From Promethearchaeota archaeon (GTDB lineage Archaea; Asgardarchaeota; Odinarchaeia; Odinarchaeales; JBHLKK01), in assembly GCA_048939465.1 (NCBI GenBank), contig JBHLPL010000015.1, positions 19,887-25,464 of the forward strand: DNA of 5,578 nt, in the 5' to 3' direction. Below, piece after piece: positions 1 through 3,923 of the stretch (its first letter is position 1; each line of letters starts with the position of its first letter). A program made the position numbers and the translations under genes. The notes under the pieces are model-generated. The model worked only from the letters and a program-made list of their open reading frames with translations, was not told where the DNA came from and did no database searches.

Positions 1-425
1 CCCAGAAACATCAGAGGGGCCCAGCCAGCTTTCCACTTACCTTCGCGGAGGTAATTATCGGCCTCGACTATTCTCCTCGCAACGGCCATAAGGAGAGCCC
101 AAGTAGTGTCTGCTGTGGTTTCAGTAAGAACTTCAGGCGTATTGGTCACATAAACACCGAGCCTTGTGGCAGCCTCAATATCAATGTTGTCAATTCCAAC
201 TGCATATTGAGCGATAATCTTCAGTGCCTTTGCGGAAGTTATCAGTTTAGCATCGATCTTATCCGACACCGTTGTGATCAGTCCATCGACGTCCTTGATT
301 GCTTCGGAAAGAATGTTCGCAGGTGGAGGTTCTTTCCCAGGCCAAATCTTGAGGCTGAAGTCATCTTGAAGACGCTTAATTCCCTCTTCCGGTATTCGTC
401 TTGTCAGGAATATTCTGGGTTTCAA
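1..425 (-). CDS. gyaR: Glyoxylate reductase / D-isomer-specific 2-hydroxyacid dehydrogenase, N-terminal part (3' end runs off the window; missing from the ORF track)
   Basis: Manual minus-strand translation from TTG at 425-423: MKPRIFLTRRIPEEGIKRLQDDFSLKIWPGKEPPPANILSEAIKDVDGLITTVSDKIDAKLITSAKALKIIAQYAVGIDNIDIEAATRLGVYVTNTPEVLTETTADTTWALLMAVARRIVEADNYLREGKWKAGWAPLMFLG. The motifs AVGIDNIDI and VTNTPEVLTETTAD..WALLMAVARR are typical of the GyaR/GhrB family. The window ends just before the expected GxGxxG Rossmann motif. An alternative GTG start lies at 434. A GTGAT SD-like sequence lies upstream of the TTG. Confidence 0.9.
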   Translation of the reverse strand, partial: MKPRIFLTRRIPEEGIKRLQDDFSLKIWPGKEPPPANILSEAIKDVDGLITTVSDKIDAKLITSAKALKIIAQYAVGIDNIDIEAATRLGVYVTNTPEVLTETTADTTWALLMAVARRIVEADNYLREGKWKAGWAPLMFL

Positions 426-447
426 GATTGCCACATCACATTCATTA

Positions 448-1611
448 TCAGGGAGATATTTTTTCCAACAGTTCTTCTATTCTTTTTATACCCTCAACTA
501 TATTCTTAAGAGAAGTTGAATAGGATATACGGATATTTCCTTCCCACGCGAAAACCGATCCTGGAATAGTAGAGACTCCGGCTTCTTCCAGAAATCGCAT
601 CGTCAAGGTTTTTGAATCAAGACCAAAACTACTGAAATCCGGAAAAACGTAGAATGCACCCTTAGGCATGGGACAACTAATTCCCTCTATATTATTTAAA
701 GCACGTACAGCGGCTCTTCTCCTTCGGTCGTATTCATCTATCATCCTTCTCAAGCTGTCTTGAGGATCTCTGAATGAGGCCACCGCCGCCTTTTGTGCAA
801 AGCTTGTTGGGCAGGTTGTACTGTTTTGCTGGATCCTAAGCATATTGTCAATTACCTCCCTCGGTGCCGCAGCATATCCAAGACGCCACCCTGTCATTGC
901 ATACGTTTTCGAAAAACCGTTGATCAATATTGTTCGAGACATGAGGTTGGAAAATGAGCCCATGCTGATTTGCTTCATGTCATCATAAACAAATCTATCG
1001 TACATTTCATCACTCAGTACGAGTAGATCCTTTTCGTTGGCCAAATCTGCCACTACACTCATTTCCTCTTCGGTCAAGATACCTCCCGAAGGATTGTTGG
1101 GGGAATTTATCACAATAAGCTTTGTCTTATCGCTTAATGACTCTTTCAGAGCTTCTTTGTCCAGAGAGTAGGTTTCGCTGGTAGAAACCCCCACTGGGAT
1201 TGCCCCAGCAATTCTTGTTATGACAAAGTATGTCGGCCAGGCCGGCGTAAGTATGAGAACCTCATCCCCCGGATTGACTGTGGACAATATCGCACACAAG
1301 ATTGCATGTTTTCCTCCAGGAGTCACTATGATCTCTCTTCCGGGGTCAACATCCACACCTTTGGTTCTGAGATCTTCAGCAATCGCTTCCCTCAGCTCAA
1401 GGAGCCCGTAGCTTGAAGTATAATGAGTGAACCCTTCATCCAAGGCCGTGGTTGCTGCCTCTCTTATGTTTTTGGGGGTTGTGAAGTCAGGTTCTCCAAC
1501 GTCCAAATGGATGATTTTTTTACCTGAACGCTCCAGTGCACTGGCTTTCTCAAACATACCGAGGGTTCCGGAAGGTGGGATTACATCCATTCTTTTTGCG
1601 CTAAATCGCAT
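448..1611 (-). CDS. aspC: Class I/II PLP-dependent aminotransferase (aspartate aminotransferase subgroup Ib-like), 387 aa
   Basis: Motifs IHLDVGEPDF, THYTSSYGLLELREAI, VTPGGKHAI, INSPNNPSG, LSDEMY and the PLP lysine motif GFSKTYAMTGWRLGY. The ORF-track start at 1833 overlaps the upstream gene by 155 nt. ATG at 1611 (MRFSAKRMDVIPPSGT) gives the normal family length. Substrate specificity is not proven. Confidence 0.9.
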   Translation of the reverse strand: MRFSAKRMDVIPPSGTLGMFEKASALERSGKKIIHLDVGEPDFTTPKNIREAATTALDEGFTHYTSSYGLLELREAIAEDLRTKGVDVDPGREIIVTPGGKHAILCAILSTVNPGDEVLILTPAWPTYFVITRIAGAIPVGVSTSETYSLDKEALKESLSDKTKLIVINSPNNPSGGILTEEEMSVVADLANEKDLLVLSDEMYDRFVYDDMKQISMGSFSNLMSRTILINGFSKTYAMTGWRLGYAAAPREVIDNMLRIQQNSTTCPTSFAQKAAVASFRDPQDSLRRMIDEYDRRRRAAVRALNNIEGISCPMPKGAFYVFPDFSSFGLDSKTLTMRFLEEAGVSTIPGSVFAWEGNIRISYSTSLKNIVEGIKRIEELLEKISP

Positions 1612-1650
1612 TTTGATTCCCACGATTTTTGTGCGCTCTATTGCAGAGCT

Positions 1651-1666
1651 GTAATAAAAAACTTTG
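1651..1666 (-). promoter_or_regulatory. AT-rich element between the Panacea-like gene and the aminotransferase: TATA-like box and/or oligo-T terminator
   Basis: The minus strand reads AAAGTTTTTTATTAC, about 40-55 nt upstream of the ATG at 1611 and about 13-28 nt after the stop at 1679. It could be a BRE/TATA or an archaeal U-tract terminator. A short inverted repeat GCTCT-ATTGC-AGAGC (1635-1649) lies between it and the start codon. Confidence 0.4.
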
Positions 1667-1678
1667 TTAACCAGAAAA

Positions 1679-2626
1679 TCAGTCTTGCTCTCTCGGGAAA
1701 TATCCCAAAAGGTAGCATACCTCGACCACAGGTTTTGTCCCAGCGATTTTGAGTACGCCTCCGACTTCCAAAACCCATTTTGCCACCGTCTCAGGTTTGC
1801 TCTCAAGATAGAAGGTTTGACCCGAGAAATCAATATAGCAATCTACAACATTTTCCGCTGTACAGGCGTAACGATGTGACAGTTTGCAGAACATGCCAAA
1901 AGCAGCGAGTTCAACCTTATGAAAAACGCCATACAGTTTGACCGGACAGCAGGGGAATATTTCTCTTCTAACCCAGTCTTTCTTAAGCTCCGTGATTGAA
2001 GGATATATGGCTGCTCGACTCCTAAATCTATCGATTAAGTTCAGCGTATTCTGGTCCGTGTGGAGAGCATTATTGAGAGGAATCTGAAGGCTTATCCTCC
2101 TGTTCAGGTCTGCTCTCCAATGGAGAGCATTTGTTAAAATGTATTCTTTTATGGTGTCTACATTTAGATAAAGCATTGTTGGCTGTACTATTTGCTGAAA
2201 GGTTTCATAGGAGGCGCAAATTAGATCCGAAGTTGACAGGGCACCATATTTCTCTGTGAAGTCCGACAGGCTTTTCTTCATCAATGGTGCCACATCAAGC
2301 AGGTTGCAGGCGTTTTCTTCACCTTGCTCAGAGAGACGGATTGGCTTTGACAAGGGTGATGATCGACTCTGAATGAAGAACTGCTGAATCAGTCCCTGCT
2401 CACTCAAGTCCAAAGAATTGTCTGTTATTTCGGCGGAATATGGACCGTATAGATAAGGGTAGAATACGAATCGCTCGCTGAAGACCTTATCTCTGTGAGT
2501 CGCCAAGAATATCAATTTTTGAAGCCTAATCACACTTTCGATCTTTCCGCCAAAAGCACTCAGCATGGTCAGAATTGTGTTCTCCTGCTGTATTCCGTTT
2601 TTCTCAAGCGAATCCGTATGTGACAC
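1679..2626 (-). CDS. Hypothetical 315-aa protein: N-terminal Panacea/SocA/YwgA-like domain plus a putative C-terminal OB-fold
   Basis: The N-terminus GKIESVIRLQKLIFLA...FVFYPYLYGPYSAEI...L..L.EQGLI matches the LQKL.Y/F...YGPYS signature of YwgA/Panacea (DUF4065-like) proteins. The C-terminal beta-rich pattern VKLYGVFHKVE / FGMFCKL / VVDCYID / VLEVGGVLKI / KPVVEVCYL suggests five OB strands. GTG start preceded by purine-rich GGAAGGGG, with a TTTAAATA box about 40 nt upstream. Confidence 0.75.
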   Translation of the reverse strand: MSHTDSLEKNGIQQENTILTMLSAFGGKIESVIRLQKLIFLATHRDKVFSERFVFYPYLYGPYSAEITDNSLDLSEQGLIQQFFIQSRSSPLSKPIRLSEQGEENACNLLDVAPLMKKSLSDFTEKYGALSTSDLICASYETFQQIVQPTMLYLNVDTIKEYILTNALHWRADLNRRISLQIPLNNALHTDQNTLNLIDRFRSRAAIYPSITELKKDWVRREIFPCCPVKLYGVFHKVELAAFGMFCKLSHRYACTAENVVDCYIDFSGQTFYLESKPETVAKWVLEVGGVLKIAGTKPVVEVCYLLGYFPREQD

Positions 2627-2660
2627 CCCCTTCCGAAAGTAATCATCCTGATGTTTTTTA

Positions 2661-2700
2661 CGAAAGTATTTAAACTACCCCATTTCCGTCAGTTTAAATG
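2661..2700. promoter_or_regulatory. Back-to-back archaeal TATA boxes of the divergent promoter region
   Basis: On the minus strand, TTTAAATA (2674-2667) faces the gene starting at 2626. On the plus strand there is TTTAAATG (2693-2700). The two lie in a perfect 9-bp inverted repeat ATTTAAACT(2668-2676)-N14-AGTTTAAAT(2691-2699). Confidence 0.6.
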
Positions 2701-2760
2701 GACTCTTACTCATATGAGAGAGTGGAGTGAAAGTACTGAAGAAGAACAAAAAGAGCATAC

Positions 2761-2817
2761 GTCAAGTTTAAATTCATGATGAATATATTCTTTAGTTGAA
2801 TAGCTCCTCGACGGTGA
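2761..2817 (+). promoter_or_regulatory. Proximal promoter (BRE/TATA) and Shine-Dalgarno of the Roadblock gene
   Basis: GTCAAG-TTTAAATT (TATA at 2767-2774) lies about 50 nt upstream of the start. An archaeal SD GGTGA at 2813-2817 sits 6 nt before TTG 2824. Confidence 0.6.
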
Positions 2818-2823
2818 CCTACA

Positions 2824-3546
2824 TTGGAGGAAAAATCTAATATAAAGCAAGAAGAGCTCATGAGTCTGCTTAAGGAACTGGAAGGCAAGACTGCCCTTGA
2901 GGCATCGGCCGTAGTTACAAAAGATGGGATGAGACTGGCATGCTCTGTCAGTGCTGAAATGGATGCAGATATTTTCTCCGCAGCCGCTGCTGCCATGGTA
3001 AATCTTGGATCAATGACCATAAGAAGGCTCAATCAAGGCAAGCTGAAGGAAATAATCGTTAGAGGAGACGAGGGCTATACGATGGTAACGGATTGCGGGA
3101 ATGATCTGATGCTTGTTGCTGCTGGAAGAGAGAGCTTCCGTTTAGGCTACTATCTTGGGGTTTTGAAGAAGTACGCAAGAGATGTATCAAAAATCATGGG
3201 TATTGTGGGTAAACCAGCAAAGCCACCATCAGAAGAGATAACGCCATCTGAGGCGACTCCTGCCGAATCGACACCCATGGAGGTACCATCAACCGGCGTT
3301 TCGCCGACTGATACACCATTGACAGAGGTTGCATCAACAGAATCAATGCCCGCCCCATCGGAAGAACCTGTTGCACCGTCAGAGGAAGAGACTTCGAGTG
3401 CTGAATCTGCTGCTCTAAGTGTACCGGAAACAGCTCCTTCTCAGAAGTCAGCCCAAGATGAAGAGAAATCAGCCTTGGAAGCTGAGAGAAAAGCGATATT
3501 AGAAGCGCTGAAAGCTCTCGGATGGGAAGAGTCATCGGGAGAGTGA
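2824..3546 (+). CDS. Roadblock/LC7 (MglB/LAMTOR-like) domain protein with a long low-complexity acidic C-terminal extension, 240 aa
   Basis: Residues ~8-125 show the Roadblock pattern: helix (ELMSLLKELEG), ASAVVTKDGMRL, FSAAAAAMVNLGSMTIRRL, GKLKEIIVRGDEGYTMV, LMLVAAG, LGYYLGVLKKYARDV. An ~82-aa P/S/T/E linker and a terminal helix follow. The TTG start is supported by the GGTGA SD. Confidence 0.88.
   Translation: MEEKSNIKQEELMSLLKELEGKTALEASAVVTKDGMRLACSVSAEMDADIFSAAAAAMVNLGSMTIRRLNQGKLKEIIVRGDEGYTMVTDCGNDLMLVAAGRESFRLGYYLGVLKKYARDVSKIMGIVGKPAKPPSEEITPSEATPAESTPMEVPSTGVSPTDTPLTEVASTESMPAPSEEPVAPSEEETSSAESAALSVPETAPSQKSAQDEEKSALEAERKAILEALKALGWEESSGE
3214..3459 (+). repeat. Low-complexity Pro/Ser/Thr/Glu linker with four degenerate PSE(E) units within the Roadblock protein
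   Basis: PPSEE, TPSEA, APSEE and APSEE, encoded by CCATCAGAAGAG, CCATCTGAG, CCATCGGAAGAA and CCGTCAGAGGAA. The segment has no aromatic residues. Confidence 0.7.
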
Positions 3547-3850
3547 ACCATTCTCGGCTCTCGCAAGGGGCTTCCGCCCTTGAACTCCGAATTTCTACTA
3601 GGTCTCTCTTTTTGGGGCAGGGAACTCGCTCTGAGGAGGATGTAGGCCGGTTCGTTTTCCTTCTTTATACAGTCGCGGGCTGAAGAAGCCTGCCCTTAAG
3701 CGATTAGCCCAAAGCCCTATTTTCCGTGTAGACTTCTCCTTTCGATCCTCCTTTCTTCCGAGATCAAAAGGTCTTAGACTCAGGTATCTAAGGAAGCATT
3801 CAAAAGTAGCGCAACCCATCCTGACGTTTGCGTATGGGTCTCCTTGCAAA
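3543..3850 (-). ncRNA. Candidate unannotated structured RNA (family unknown; possibly an orphan IS200/IS605 omega-RNA-like remnant)
   Basis: Complementary segments in plus coordinates: 3560-3568/3842-3850 (end-closing), 3813-3819/3834-3840, 3773-3779/3786-3792, 3730-3750/3760-3774, 3615-3621/3689-3695, 3660-3672/3680-3688, 3564-3582 (GGAA tetraloop on minus), 3545-3560 and 3634-3641/3745-3752. The imperfect positions are G-U pairs on the minus strand and A-C mismatches on the plus strand. Confidence 0.6.
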
Positions 3851-3873
3851 CAACAGATAAAAAGAAGGAAAGA
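3848..3873 (-). terminator. Possible U-rich archaeal terminator of the large membrane-protein gene
   Basis: The minus strand reads CTCTTTCCTTCTTTTTATCTGTTGTTT, a pyrimidine/T-rich tract about 50-75 nt after the stop at 3924. Confidence 0.35.
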
Positions 3874-3923
3874 GTGCCAACAATCCTATCTTCAATCCAA
3901 CGGTTTTGTATCGAATTTCGCAC

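Noticed and set aside
207-509. Plus-strand 100-aa ORF
   Set aside because: It is the antisense shadow of the clearly recognisable glyoxylate reductase and has no motifs.
1612-1833. 74-aa N-terminal extension of the aminotransferase in the ORF track
   Set aside because: It overlaps the 3' end of the 315-aa gene and the intergenic AT-rich element, and it has no family similarity. The ATG at 1611 gives the standard length.
1220-1879. Plus-strand ORFs 1220-1411, 1427-1654 and 1664-1879
   Set aside because: They are antisense to well-supported genes and have no recognisable product.
2706-3535. Minus-strand ORFs 2706-3032 and 3194-3535
   Set aside because: They are antisense shadows of the Roadblock gene. 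Their hydrophobic composition reflects reverse-complemented Glu/Lys codons.
3631-3665. Hammerhead core CUGAGGA on the plus strand
   Set aside because: No GAAA follows a stem II, so the catalytic core is incomplete.
3600-3722. Cobalamin riboswitch-like words on the minus strand (AAUAGGG, CAG-CCCGCGA-CUGUA, CCUGCC)
   Set aside because: There is no GGGAA/P4 T-loop or B12 box in the correct order, and the element lies 3' of both flanking genes with no downstream gene to control.
3640-3740. RNase P-like words on the minus strand (GGAGAAGUCU; AACGAACCGGCCUAC)
   Set aside because: The two segments cannot form the P4 pseudoknot helix, and the other conserved regions are missing.
3780-3800. SRP helix 8-like string TCAGGTATCTAAGGAAGCAT on the plus strand
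   Set aside because: It lacks the paired CC-GNRA-GG apex and the long helix 5. It is also on the strand opposite to the wobble-supported fold.
3545-3923. Group II intron: GTGCG directly after the stop at 3924 and a GAGCCG...GGTTC stem like the base of domain V
   Set aside because: The putative domain V is only 16 nt, lacks the upper stem and bulge of the ~34-nt catalytic domain, and has no convincing domain VI. The total length is also short. It remains worth a check in the Rfam scan.
3547-3923. CRISPR mini-array or tandem repeats
   Set aside because: There are no regularly spaced direct repeats, only short chance words such as TAGACT and AGCCC.
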